This document shows, in pieces, positions 25,678 to 38,295 of a stretch of 38,908 nt of DNA (positions are counted from its first letter, which is position 1; each line of letters starts with the position of its first letter). Source of the DNA: Tubiluchus corallicola (Eukaryota; Animalia; Priapulida); NCBI GenBank assembly GCA_030141605.1, contig JAQGDQ010001477.1:1-38908 (forward strand), written 5' to 3'. The position numbers and the translations under genes were made by a program. The notes beneath the pieces were generated by a model. It ran no database searches. It worked only from the letters and a program-made list of their open reading frames with translations, and was not told the DNA's origin.

Positions 25678-27199
25678 GTAAGTAACCACCACTATTGGGC
25701 TTGAAAAATTGTTATAGTCGAATTTGAAGTATTAATTCTACTGGTTGAATTGATAGTAGTTGGTCAAAGGAGCTGCTTTCCTAAATAGTTATGACTGATT
25801 AATTTATACATCATCACCATTACACCACACACTGATTCAGCGGCAGTGAGCCAGCAGGCCTCGCATTGTCGGTTAATAAGTATTAATGGTCTCACAAAAA
25901 GGGAAAAACAAGGTTACAACTTGTCACAAACAGTTATATCCAAGGTCAGTAAAATCAAGCAAGACAAAACAGGAAAATAGAAAGAAGTGAATCTGGATTG
26001 TCTTAACAACGATGAGGCATTGTGGATCAAGATCTATATAGTAATTATTAGAATTAGGCCATTTTAGTTTCTAACTTAGCATAGAGTATAAATTAGAAAG
26101 AAAAGAAACTAAAGAAATAATAATTATTAAAAAAATAAAATTATTGAAGAAGAACAAAACGCATGTAAAGTACTAAATAGTGAAAAACAAACAATCATTG
26201 CGAGCAATATATTATCATTAAAAATTGTTCAAAATAAGGTTCGTTATTTCAAAAAGACTCAACTGAAGAACAAAAAGTGTTGCTATAGGAAAAGAGGGTA
26301 AATTACTTAAAAGGTTTACAAAAATTGTGTTCCGAAGATGCACCTTATTGCGTTCAGATCACAGCGCCGAGCACGTGGTGCAGTCAAACACTACATAGCA
26401 GCATCTAATTTTTTGTTGGATTACTGGTGTTTACTTGCCTTGAGGGCAGATTTATTTTGGAGTTCTGCCTGCCCTGCCTAATGTCTACAATAGACATATA
26501 GCTACAAACGGGTACCGGTAGTGAGAGTAAAATTTACAAAGTTTTAAAAAATCAATAGAAAGTAGAAAGTCACCAAATCTGACATTAATTTTACCAAAAT
26601 AACTAGAAAGTTCATAAAAATTTTGCACCTCTCCTGGGGTGTTCTTGCTCGATTCACTGTGGTAAAGCGTCATTCGCATGTTTTATGGGTTTAGCGTTTG
26701 GTTCTCACTTTGAATATAACAATGAACTTCAGTTCAGTGACGTATTGCCCTGGACAGATAATTCAGTCTCGGTCATCTCTATCATGGATTTGTACTGGCT
26801 TACGTGCGAAGCCCAACACACTGGTTGTGATGTCAGTGATGTTTGTGAAGCAATGCTCTCTGATTCCGGCAGCTCCTGCAGCCAACCTGGTGCCAAACGT
26901 ATCGCTCCGCTTTCCTTTGGGCTACACCAGGGAGGAAGAGAGGGAGTTCCTGTTGTCTGGGCAACTCAGGATTTCCATACACCCTGCCCAGGCATGCGCC
27001 CTGGAGAGGCCACGTTAGTGTCACAGCTAAATCATTTGAAATACAGACAACAGGAAAATGTTATTATTATTTGACACAGCCAATATAAATAACTAAAAGA
27101 AATTCTGAGAAAGTGAAATCAGTTCAAAATATATTTTTATTATGAAATTTGAAAATAAACTAAACACGGAACATTTGGGTGCCCCCCTCCCCCCTGTAA

Positions 27200-27274
27200 G
27201 TTTAGTATGGGACAGGGGACGAAATTATGAAATATGGGACATGTCCCATTTTTAAGGGATGTCTGGCAACCCTA
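27200..27274. mobile_element. single end of a hAT-like MITE
   Basis: GGGAC subterminal motifs ending GTCTGGCAACCCTA (reverse complement of a TAGGGTTGCCAGAC terminus); no partner end or TSD found. Confidence 0.45.
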
Positions 27275-28500
27275 TGTAAGGTCTCTATGCAATAACTGTC
27301 ATTGCAATATGGCGCTTAAAAGTGGACACAAGAATTGCTTACGCTGTTTTATAAAATGAATGTGGTAGGATGTATGCACATTTTTTGAGGAAAATAAGAT
27401 TTTTTTAACACTGGGCACTTATATCTGGTGCATCTGGAAATTTGGTATCCTAAGCTATAGCCTAGTTAACCTAGCTATTGCTAAATATGCCCTTGGGTTA
27501 ATCTAAATTAGCATCTTTGTGTTATGGTTAGGGTTAGGGTTAGAGTGCTAAGCCTTTAGTGACAGTAGATTTAACATTTCAGGGATTAAGAGTAAAGAGC
27601 ATCTAGGTTCATGTACTGTAAGTTTGGGTCATGGGAAAGGTCAAAGGTCGCTGAAAACTCACTATCTAAAAGACTAACCTACATAATTTGAAGCAGAAGT
27701 GACACAATGTAATGGTAGATCAGTTTGGCAGTTGGTGGATAACTTGTGAAAATATGTCGCTTGTACATGGGAAGATAGTGGACATGTGAAGCCATGTGTT
27801 AATAAAGAAAATTTATCATCCTTAATGTGAAGGATTTTAGGTTATTTTATTACTTCAGTGTTCTCTCATTCTGTAAACCCCCCTATACTGTCCTTTAACT
27901 GCATTCGTGTGTATGTCTTGACTTGGCTTCTTTCTGTCATGCTCTACTGACAGAGCTCGTTTACCTGGCTAGTTGTCAGTCTGTTCTTGGCTAAGAGAGT
28001 CGTTGTTGTTGTTGTTGTTGTTTTGTCTCAGTTAAACCATTTATTTGTCAAGAGTAGTAGAGCCATGATGTAAGCTTATTTTGATTATTCATTCTCACTT
28101 TATTATTAATTTCTTTGTTTCCTTTTTGGCTCAAATTAGTTTATTATATTTTGTTATGATTTTTCTTACAGATAAAACGTAATAAAGCTACCCAAACATG
28201 AATTTTTTGACTTTGGGCATCACGAAGTAGTAGTCTGTCACACTTAATGTTCTTAGTGTTTGAGAGAGCAGAGCTTAAAATAATGTGGTCAGAGGAGGAA
28301 AATTGCCAATGGAGCACCAACCTAAAACTGGTTGCCAAATCGATACAAACTGGAGGTTGACAAATGAGCTTAAAATAAGCGTTACTAATTTTCTTAAATG
28401 AGAATGACTGCATTTGGTGTTCATGATTAACTTAAACGTGCAGTTCAGTGAAGCCTTCAACATTGTTCCTAAGCGATAACTTGCTCTGTTTTATTTCCAG

Positions 28501-28670
28501 ATACTGTGCTTGGCACCGCGTATTTTGTGAACAACGATGGACAAGTTACAGCCAGTGTCAAAAGTGTAGAAGTTGATAATTCACCAATTGTCGAGTCTGT
28601 TATCGGATTCGACATTTTCAATGAGAGTACATTGTACATAATCTTGACTTCTCATAGTCTTGATTGGTCG
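28501..28670 (+). CDS. cadherin-related protein, coding exon 2 (EC1)
   Basis: TTTATTTCCAG acceptor, phase 1 to 0; (D)TVLGTAYFVNNDGQVTASV...LYIILTSHSLDWS; GTAAGT donor. Confidence 0.85.
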
Positions 28671-28766
28671 GTAAGTGAACATCTTGAATCCTTTTTAAAG
28701 ATTGGAATGCCAAATAAGGAAATGTTGAAAATCGGCAGAAAATTCTGGTTTCTGGCAATCTATAAA

Positions 28767-31085
28767 AAGCCATTGGTCTGTAGAAATTACTCCTTGGTCT
28801 GTAAGAAGTCATTGGTCCATAGAAATTACTCTCTCTGTAGGAAGCCATTGGTCTGTAGAAATTACTCCTTGGTCTGTAAGAATCCATTGGTCTGTAGAAG
28901 TTACTTCTTGGTCTGTGAGAAACCATTGGTCTGTAGATATTACTCCTTGGTCTGTAAGAAGCCATTGGTCTGTAGAAATTACTCCTTGGTCCGTAAGAAG
29001 CCATTGGTCTGTAGATATTACTCCTTGGTCTGTAAGAAGCCATTGGTCTGTAGAAATTACTCCTTGGTCTGTAAGAAGCCATTGGTCTGTAGAAGTTACT
29101 TCTTGGTCTGTGAGAAACCATTGGTCTGTAGATATTACTCCTTGGTCTGTAAGAAGCCTGTGGTCTGTAGAAATTACTCCTTGGTCTGTAAGAAGCCATT
29201 GGTCTGTAGAAGTTACTTCTTGGTCTGTGAGAAACCATTGGTCTGTAGATATTACTCCTTGGTCTGTAAGAAGCCAGTGGTCTGTAGAAATTACTTCTTG
29301 GTCTGTAAGAAGCCATTGGTCTGTAGAAGTTACTTCTTGGTCTGTGAGAAACCATTGGTCTGTAGATATTACTCCTTGGTCTGTAAGAAGCCAGTGGTCT
29401 GTAGAAATTACTCCTTGGTCTGTAAGAAGCCATTGGTCTGTAGAAGTTACTTCTCGGTCTGTGAGAAACCATTGGTCTGTAGATATTACTCCTTGGTCTG
29501 TAAGAAGCCAGTGGTCTGTAGAAATTACTCCTTGGTCTGTAAGAAGCCATTGGTCTGTAGAAGTTACTCCTTGGTCTGTAAGGAGCCATTGATCTGTAGA
29601 AATTACTTCTTGGTCTGTAAGAAGCCATTGGTCTGTAGATATTACTCCTTGGTCTGTAAGAAGCCATTGGTCTGTAGAAATTACTCCTTGGTCTGTAAGA
29701 AGCCATTGGTCTGTAGAAGTTACTTCTTGGTCTGTAAGAAGCCATTGGTCTGTAGAAATTATTCCTTGGTCTGTAAGAAGCCATTGGTCTGTAGAAATTA
29801 CTCCTTGGTCTGTAAGAAGCCATTGGTCTGTAGAAGTTGCTTCTTGGTCTGTGAGAAACCATTGGTCTGTAGATATTACTCCTTGGTCTGTAAGAAGCCA
29901 TTGGTCTGTAGAAATTACTTCTTGGCCTGTAAGAAGCCATTGGTCTGTAGAAATTACTCCTTGGTCTGTAAGAAGCCATTGGTCTGTAGAAATTACTTCT
30001 TGGTCTGTAAGAAGCCATTAGTCTGTAGAAATTACTTCTTGGTCTGTAAGAAGCCATTGGTCTGTAGAAATTACTCCTTGGTCTGTAAGAAGCCATTGGT
30101 CTGTAGAAATTACTCCTTGGTCTGTAAGAAGCCATTGGTCTGTAGAAATTACTCCTTGGTCTGTAAGAAGCCATTGGTCTGTAGAAATTACTTCTTGGTC
30201 TGTAAGAAGCCATTGGTCTGTAGAAGTTGGTTGTAGAATTACTTCTTGGTGTGTAAGAAGCCATTGGTCTGTAGAAATTACTCCTTGGTCTGTAAGAAGC
30301 CATTGGTCTGTAGAAATTACTTCTTGGTCTGTAAGAAGCCATTGGTCTGTAGAAATTACTCCTTGGTCTGTAAGAAGCCATTGGTCTGTAGAAATTACTT
30401 CTTGGTCTGTAAGAAGCCATTGGTCTGTAGAAATTACTCCTTGGTCTGTAAGAAGCCATTGGTCTGTAGAAATTACTCCTTGGTCTGTAAGAAGCCATTG
30501 GTCTGTAGAAATTACTTCTTGGTCTGTGAGAAACCATTGGTCTGTAAGAAGCCATTGGTCTGTAGAAATTACTCTTTGGTCTGTAAGAAGCCATTGATCT
30601 GTAGAAATTACTTCTTGGTCTGTAAGAAGCCATTGGTCTGTAGAAATTACTCTTTGGTCTGTAAGAAGCCATTGATCTGTAGAAATTACTTCTTGGTCTG
30701 TAAGAAGCCATTGGTCTGTAAGAAGCCATTGGTCTGTAGAAATTACTCCTTGGTCTGTAAGAAGCCATTGGTCTGTAGAAGTTACTCCTTGGTCTGTAAG
30801 GAGCCATTGATCTGTAGAAATTACTTCTTGGTTTGTAAGAAGCCATTGGTCTGTAGATATTACTCCTTGGTCTGTAGAAATCACTTCTTGGTCTGCAGAA
30901 GTTACTCCTTGGTCTGTAAGGAGCCATTGATCTGTAGAAATTACTCCTTGGTCTGTAAGAAGCCATTGGTCTGTAGAAATTACTTCTTGGCCTTTAAGAA
31001 GCTATTGGTCTGTAGAAATTACTCCTTGGTCTGTAAGAAGCCATTGGTCTGTAGAAATTACTCCTTGGTCTTTAAGAAGCCATTG
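28767..31085. repeat. 39-bp intronic minisatellite, roughly 60 copies (18+21-bp subunits)
   Basis: Unit GCCATTGGTCTGTAGAAATTACTCCTTGGTCTGTAAGAA; both subunits contain TTGGTCTGTA. Source of five spurious long ORFs. Confidence 0.98.
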
Positions 31086-31413
31086 TAAAAATGTAGTGGT
31101 ATCCTCAGTATACTTTCCTAAGATGCCTGCATGAAACCAATCTAAACATTTTGGGCACATTGTAATATCTAGTTGTTATAAAAAAACAATTAAAAATAAA
31201 GTTGTCAACAAACTAAGTGTATTCTTGATGATTTAACAAGCTACTGTTTAAAAGCAATGTTATAGTTATTTAACTTAACTTTTCACAAACTGTTGTTAAG
31301 TACAAGCTCTTGTGTTTGATTACCAAATGAGTTTTTATTTTTGGTCACCAGGTGGCAGAAGAGAATGTTTTTACCTGAATTCATGCATAAATTTCGTTTA
31401 ATTTTTTTTCCAG

Positions 31414-31470
31414 CGAACTAATCAATACACAATAAGGTGGACATATAAAGACCAGGCTTCAGTAGTGGAA
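31414..31470 (+). CDS. cadherin-related protein, coding exon 3
   Basis: T8CCAG acceptor, GTAAGT donor, 57 bp, phase 0-0; RTNQYTIRWTYKDQASVVE. Confidence 0.82.
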
Positions 31471-32645
31471 GTAAGTACGAAAGTATGAATTTGTGAATAA
31501 CTTAGAAGGTTCTGAAAATTTAAAGGGCAAGACAACACTTTCTTAAATGAAGCATAAAACTTCATCTTGAAATTTTGTGTTAATTACATGCTATCTTATT
31601 GCACACAGTGTTTGCATTGGCAGTATGGCTGCATGAAACTTGTAAATTTAAACTTCTGTGATGACTTAGATGCAGCCATGTTAACAGTTAGTCATTTAAA
31701 ACAAGTTTAGATAACATAGTATAACGTGTGAAAAAATAATCACAGTATTCGTAGCACATTCTACGCTAACTAGCAAAAGTTTAAATTTATGTTGTCAGTA
31801 AGATCGATAATTTATTTTTTCGTGAACCAGCGGTGCACACTGGGATGGCCATGCAGTTGCACTGAAAACATCTTACAAGCATAATACTGTGGGTGCTAAA
31901 ATTTTGACTTGTATTGCAAATTGACATGTGTCAAGGAAAGGTGCGAATACTTCTAGCTATTCAAAATGGATGCTATTAAAATATGAACAAAAACAGGTCA
32001 GACCATCAACCTTTGTTTCGGAGTGACTGGTTTCTTCTCTGATGCCGTGGAAATACAAGGGATGGAAGTTCATTTTACTGGCATAAAAATATTACTCTTG
32101 TTTTATCCGAAACATATTAACATAATGTTTTGCTGGCAAAAATGCACTGAACAATGCTACAATGTATAACTCTCAAACACTGACTGCAATACAATTAATC
32201 AGGTAGTTAATCACAGCATTGTTCATTAGCATTACTGATATTTGTGGAATCCACTACTTTCTGCATCCAGTATTAAAGATTAATAACATAGAATTCCATT
32301 AATTTTATATAACCTGTTGAAGAGAGCAGTGGTTTCCCGAAATATCGTTAATAGTAATAAATCATGTGGTAACTAACTACCGCTTTATTTTTTATAGATA
32401 CACAACACAGTTCATCAGTTTTTAAAATCACAACGTTGTTTACCCCTAATTTACTGCCTAGATCGCAAGCTCTAGCCAGAAACTATGTTAGAGGGGTTTC
32501 TTATCTTGATGTTGAATTTGGCAACTAATTAAGAGACACTGATCACTCGGAGCATGTTAACTTTTTTATTCGATGAGTTGACTTGGAGGATCGGAAAGAA
32601 ACTTGTTTAACTGTAATTACTTATATTTGTTGTGTTCATTACCAG

Positions 32646-32741
32646 GTTGAATTTATAACGACGCTGCGAGTGCTTGATGTTAATGACAATGCCCCCGTGT
32701 GGCAAGCTGTGGTACCTAGTGGTAAACTAGAAGTCAATGAA
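32646..32741 (+). CDS. cadherin-related protein, coding exon 4 (EC1-EC2 calcium linker)
   Basis: VEFITTLRVLDVNDNAPVWQAVVPSGKLEVNE contains the canonical DxNDNxP motif; CAG/GTAAGT, 96 bp, phase 0-0. Confidence 0.93.
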
Positions 32742-32913
32742 GTAAGTTAGTTTAGTATACTGTGTAGTAGTTATATTACTATTGCTAATGTAGATGCAAT
32801 TATGCTTCTATTGCAAATAGACGAATTATTAACCTGCACAAAAGGACATGATATATAAGAATGGTACAGATCAATTGATATAATCGATTATAATCAGTTT
32901 GAGTTTTTAATTA

Positions 32914-33238
32914 CAGTCAACTCTCGTTAAACCGGACTAATTGGGGGTGGGGGGGGTGTCCGGTTTAGCCGATTGTCCGATTTATCCGATATGCCTATAT
33001 ATGGTCTATATTACACAGGAATAATCACCTTAACAAGGCCTATATACATTGCACTATATACTGTGCACTATATACTATATTGTATATTACTTTAAAATAG
33101 TTAACCTGTGAGGATAAAGAAATTATTGTACAGTTGGTAGGCCGTGTTGTGTTTAGCGCTCAGTTTCCTTTGCCACGGATGATGTCCGTCTTATCCGATA
33201 TCCAGGCTAACATTGTCCGGTTTAACGAGGGTCGACTG
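32914..33238. mobile_element. Tc1/mariner-pogo (Tigger-like) MITE
   Basis: 24-bp TIRs CAGTCAACTCTCGTTAAACCGGAC / GTCCGGTTTAACGAGGGTCGACTG flanked by TA on both sides. Confidence 0.9.
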
Positions 33239-34241
33239 TACTATCATCACTTATTTTTTCAACTGCTTATGCAAATCAATGGTATTTAATAGTAGTACCA
33301 TTTTCAAGAAGTAATGTTGATTTTTAGAAATTCTGCAAAAATGATACAACAAATATAGCTGCCATTGTACACAGTCTGGCAAAGTGGCGCTACCTTTTGG
33401 CAATAATTTACTGCACTGGTGTCGTTGGTTACTGATGTCATTGCTTGTATGGATGTGGAGGTTTCTCATGAGCATAAATTTTCGTAGACACTCTCTTTCT
33501 CGATTATGAAAATGCACCAGATGTCCTGCCACTAGTTTTGTGTAACTATTAGGATAAGGTGTTTTGTAGAAGTTTGTGCAAATTTCTAACCTTGTATGTG
33601 TGAGTTTTATAATGTAAGTAAAATGAAACATTAGTAGTTTAATGGTAAACTGGACGATTGTGTAGACATTAGTTCGAAATGAAGAATGCTCTAAAATAAT
33701 GAAAACTACAACAGCTTTTTTGAATCAAAGCTTTTATTAAATAATAATTTTACCTCTGGTAGTTAAAGTTTGTTAAAGTTTCAAAGCTACACGAGGCTCA
33801 GCAAATCCACTAAGACTGGCAATTGCACATTTTTTGTCACATTCTTATAGCCGGCAAATAGGCGCAGTTCTGTGATAAGCATGATCATGAGCTGCAGTGT
33901 TCGTTTGTGACGTCAGGGTGACATAGTGCTCATTTTCCTGACATCACATCTACGTCTTATAGCAATCTTTGCTTACTTAAACTCCACGTGCAGGGAAGAT
34001 GTCTACCATTGCACAAACTGTGGTTAGTTTGTGACGTAAGTGAAAGCTGTGTTTGGCTGCCACTAATTAACTTTTCATTCAAATACTAGAAACAACTGTT
34101 CACTTTTATAGGCAGGAAAATGTATATTTTGGACAGTACATTAAGTCTGATCAATTTTTTTATCATCATAGAATTTGAAATACCAAACTTGTTTCTGTAA
34201 AATAAGATAAAAGACATCAATGAGTAATCATGTAATTTCAG

Positions 34242-34334
34242 ACTGAGCCAGTAGGAACCTTCATATTCCTGTCTTCTGCATCGGATATTGATTATTACAA
34301 GGGAGCTTATGTAGACTACTTTTTCAGTGAAACG
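34242..34334 (+). CDS. cadherin-related protein, coding exon 5 (EC2)
   Basis: TEPVGTFIFLSSASDIDYYKGAYVDYFFSET with PVGT and AxDxD motifs; TTTCAG/GTAAGA, 93 bp, phase 0-0. Confidence 0.9.
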
Positions 34335-35554
34335 GTAAGATGATGTAATTGTTTTCTTTACTTCAGTTACTCCCTTTCATTCTTCTTACATTCAGCTGGC
34401 TGCTTATCTAGTCAGATTTTGTGTGTGAATCTTACTTATCAAAAGTTGAAAATATTAAATAGAGAACATCGTTAACTAAACCTAGAGCTAGTTCACACAA
34501 TAGTCTGATGATCAACATAGGTCTTTATTATAGACTCCCGACATCTTTATTTGAAACTCTATGGACAATGAATAAGTCATAAGTCATTTATTTGACCTTA
34601 CACATTTACAATGGTTACATATACAATATCTAGTGCTACAATTGATATAAGAAATACTGCACAGGAAAAGCCTCAAACACTGTTCACTTATATACGAAGG
34701 TAAATGTGTTGCGGGCAATCAAAAAGCAGGGCTTGTTAGATTTTCTAATCGTGATAAAAAAAACCAAAATGAATACTATTTTATATTTCATTGCTTAAAG
34801 CACAGGGTAGCTCATAACATTTTAAATAATTCTATAGTTGAACTGTATTCTAACTATGTAATGGTTAGTTTGAAAGAGAAGTCATTCTCCAATTTTATAT
34901 GCAGTCATCTGATGAACTAATCCAGTGTATTGTAGCTAAGTACTCTTCTATACAAGTAAGTTGTTACATGTATCTCAATTGGCCTTGTTTTTCCATGTAT
35001 CAAATATGTGAAAGTCATGTTTAAGGTTGTAGATGAATCACTTTGTAGAAAAAGAATAAAACACTGTACTACATATCTGCACAAAACTGAAAACGTTTAT
35101 TAGACTACATACACATATGTAGAATGACTGCTACACTGAACACTGAGGACAAGAGTGTCCTGCACTGATCACTGAGAGTTAGACAGTAAGTAACATGAGT
35201 ATCACGACTAGCATGACTTCTGCACTGCACTGCATTGAGAGTGAGACAGAGAGTCACATAAGTAGCACGACTGCACTGCACTGCACTGAGAACGTGACAG
35301 AGAGTGACTAGAAGTAGAATCCAGTCAGTATATATAGGTAGAGGTAATTATGCAAACTTGGCTTCACAAATACCATTACATTAAAATAGGGGGAGATCCA
35401 ATGAGTATGCATATTCACTGGACCGAACAATTATACTAGGGGTGAGTTTGGCTAGTAAAAATGTAAAGTGATTAGTCATTAGATGGCAGCACCTTAAAAT
35501 ATACAGTTACAACTTCCACAAAATACACTAAACTTAATAAATTTTTTGTTTCAG

Positions 35555-35677
35555 ACGGAGAGTTCGGGTTACTTTTACTTCAACTATTCCGTGTTTAGCG
35601 GTAATGTGTCAGTATATCTAAATAAATCATTCGACTACCAAGAGCGAAGCATTCACGAGGTTACCCTGATTGCTAGA
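35555..35677 (+). CDS. cadherin-related protein, coding exon 6 (EC2)
   Basis: TESSGYFYFNYSVFSGNVSVYLNKSFDYQERSIHEVTLIAR with LDYE-like FDYQE; TTTCAG/GTAAGT, 123 bp, phase 0-0. Confidence 0.9.
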
Positions 35678-35859
35678 GTAAGTTGAATTCTTGTTGTTTA
35701 TTACTTTTAACGGAAGTGGTGCTGACAAGCCACTGGCGTAGCATTGTCTAGTGGTTAGTTTTTTTTGCTGGATTACTGCTGTGTTTACCTGTCTGAAGGC
35801 AGATTTCTTTTATTTTAGAATTCTGCCTGCCCAATGTCTACAATAGACGTGACGGGCGT

Positions 35860-35889
35860 ATGATGATGATGATGATGATGTTGATGATG

Positions 35890-35952
<63 letters not shown>

Positions 35953-35969
35953 TGATGATGATGATGATG
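35860..35969. repeat. (GAT)n microsatellite
   Basis: Directly visible, about 110 bp. Confidence 0.97.
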
Positions 35970-36242
35970 TTTATCGAAGAGTATTTTTTAAGAAAAGTTC
36001 TTTGCTCACTGTATTTATGTATACTCCTCAGTATGAATCCACTTTTTTACATAACAAAAAAAAATGCCTCCATTCATCCACATCCTCCATATTTAACAAA
36101 AGTAATACAGCAAAGGAAGCCACATAAAAGCAGCTTTGTTGCAAGTTACCTATCCATTTGATGCCCAGGTCCAGCATTGCTTGACTTTGCACCGGCCTTG
36201 TTTCACCAGTTTTTCTGGCATATTTGACATTATATACTAACG

Positions 36243-36804
36243 AATTTTCACAATTAGAAATAGTTTTCATATATATCTGCTTGCAAAACAAAATAGTCCA
36301 TAGGTTTGCATAGTTAAAAGTATGTTATAATGGTTCAAAGTTCAATGCACCAAAAATTTGGTCAAATGTCAATTTTTGTACAATAAGAATGCTAAATATA
36401 TTGGACTTTTATATTCTAGCATCAAATTACCGAGAAAATTTTAAAATGATACTAGAAACTGAATTGTTTGCCCCCCTACTCACTTTTCTCTTATCTCACT
36501 CACCTCATTTTGCTATATCATCCGATGTCTAGTGTCTAGTTTGCATTAAATTTGCAGAAAAAGTGAGTAGGGGGGCAAACAATTCAGTTTCTAGTATCAT
36601 TTTAAAATTTTCTCGGTAATTTGATGCTAGAATATAAAAGTCCAATATATTTAACATTCTTATTGTACAAAAATTGACGTTGATAAATTTTTTTAGTGCA
36701 TTGAACTTTGAGCATTGTAACATACTTTTAACTATGCCAACCTATGGACTATACTTCGGTTTGCAAGCACATATATATGAAAACTATTTATAGTTGTGAA
36801 AATT
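36243..36804. repeat. long inverted repeat / foldback (arms ~36243-36489 and ~36556-36804, ~66-bp spacer)
   Basis: For example GAAACTGAATTGTTTGCCCCCCTACTCACTTTT versus AAAAGTGAGTAGGGGGGCAAACAATTCAGTTTC; complementarity extends about 245 bp. Confidence 0.93.
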
Positions 36805-37173
36805 TAATTAATCTCTGGTGGATTTCTAAGCTTTCTTAATTCATTCAGTTTTGATTTTGAGTCCTGTTCCTGCAAAGTTTGTATTTTTTGTTGGACTAGG
36901 TATTTGGCTTTGTCTGCATCACTAAAACCAATGTATTTTCTGAACTTTGAACAAAACATTTACTTTTTCCGTGCTTTGCTAAATTTTCTTTTGCAGACTT
37001 TTTGCTACACTAAATACACTTGATGAACTTTTATAACTTTTGCCCAACAGTTACTCCAATTTGTTATTGCCTACCACTAATATCTGCATAAAAAACTCTG
37101 TGAAACAGATTTTGAGAATGGTTTGACTAAGCATTCGTATCTGTATTCACTGCCTGCCAGTCTTGCTTTCCAG

Positions 37174-37306
37174 GAAGTGAAGTTATTATTTCCAAATTCT
37201 CAGCGATTAAATCGAGGTCACCATGACATAAAAGCACTTGTCGATGCTTGCAGAGCAAATGGAGTAACAGATTTAATTCTGTTACATGAACATCGAGGAG
37301 AACCAG
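37174..37306 (+). CDS. IMP4: U3 snoRNP protein IMP4 (Brix domain), internal exon
   Basis: [44 protein letters not shown] matches IMP4 (ELKLVFPGAQRMNRG...ANGVTDLLVVHEHRG); TTTCCAG/GTAAAT, phase 0 to 1. Confidence 0.95.
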
Positions 37307-37851
37307 GTAAATAATAAATATTTTTGTCACAGAATTTTTATACAGCTGTTTTCATTCAAAGCATCGTTGTGAGATATGAGATTTCATCTTGTTGGCAATA
37401 GAACTGAGTTGCTGATTTCTGTATGTTGAATATTGATAACTTCAAGAACAATAGACCTTAGAACCTAATGTTTTGCTGCACTTTTATTTATTTTTTGCAA
37501 TTGTTGTTCTAATGTGCAGTTACTACTTAAATGTATCTAGCTTCAGATTATGTCTCTTTTTTGCCAAATTTTCGTTTACCTCTAATTTTAATTTTCTTTA
37601 TTTTATTTTTTGATTTTTTTCCAGTGTCAGTACTTATTCTATATGTATGAGTGTGTGCATATTCGTTTTAATTTGCCCGGAACCTTGTTGTAGACATGCT
37701 CGAAGTTATACTGTCTAAACATTTTGTCTGTCTTCTTAGAATGTTGTGAATTAAACATGGCTTTACTTTTATTTTGTTCCTTATTTGAAATATTCGAAGC
37801 CAAACCCACAACTTTCACATTGGATGTAGTACATATACATGCTTTTTTCAG

Positions 37852-38006
37852 ATGCTATTCAGATCTCTCATTTGCCATATGGTCCAACAGCCACCTTCAC
37901 TCTGTCTAATGTTGTTATGAGGCATGACATACCTGAAGCAGGTACAATGTCAGAAGCTTATCCTCATTTGATTTTTGACAAGTTTACCACTAGACTGGGA
38001 CGAAGA
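37852..38006 (+). CDS. IMP4: IMP4 internal exon
   Basis: (D)[51 protein letters not shown]; Brix HLPxGPTA motif; phase 1 to 0. Confidence 0.96.
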
Positions 38007-38295
38007 GTAAGAATTTTAACATCTTGCTTTGCTTATAGTTATTGGTAACTCTGTTTTAGCATGTGCCTCAGGTCTTGATAATTTGTTACTTATGTCTCAA
38101 TATAGCAAACCTTTTCCTTGCTTGTCTATATGTGTTTTGTCTTCTTTTTTCTTGTTATATAACATTGTAGTTACGTATGTTACCTATGTATTGTTGTAAC
38201 CTATGAGCAGTACTACAGCATTAGCGGGGTAAAACTTATTGTATGTACTTTTATACTTTTACAGTTTTATTAATGTAATTAATTTTTTGTTACAG

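Noticed and set aside
27526-27543. (TTAGGG)-like run as an interstitial telomere
   Set aside because: Only about three units; too short to support.
28506-31088. Long ORFs of 576, 782, 225, 288 and 280 aa
   Set aside because: All are translations of the 39-bp minisatellite in several frames and on both strands; only 28501-28670 is a real exon.
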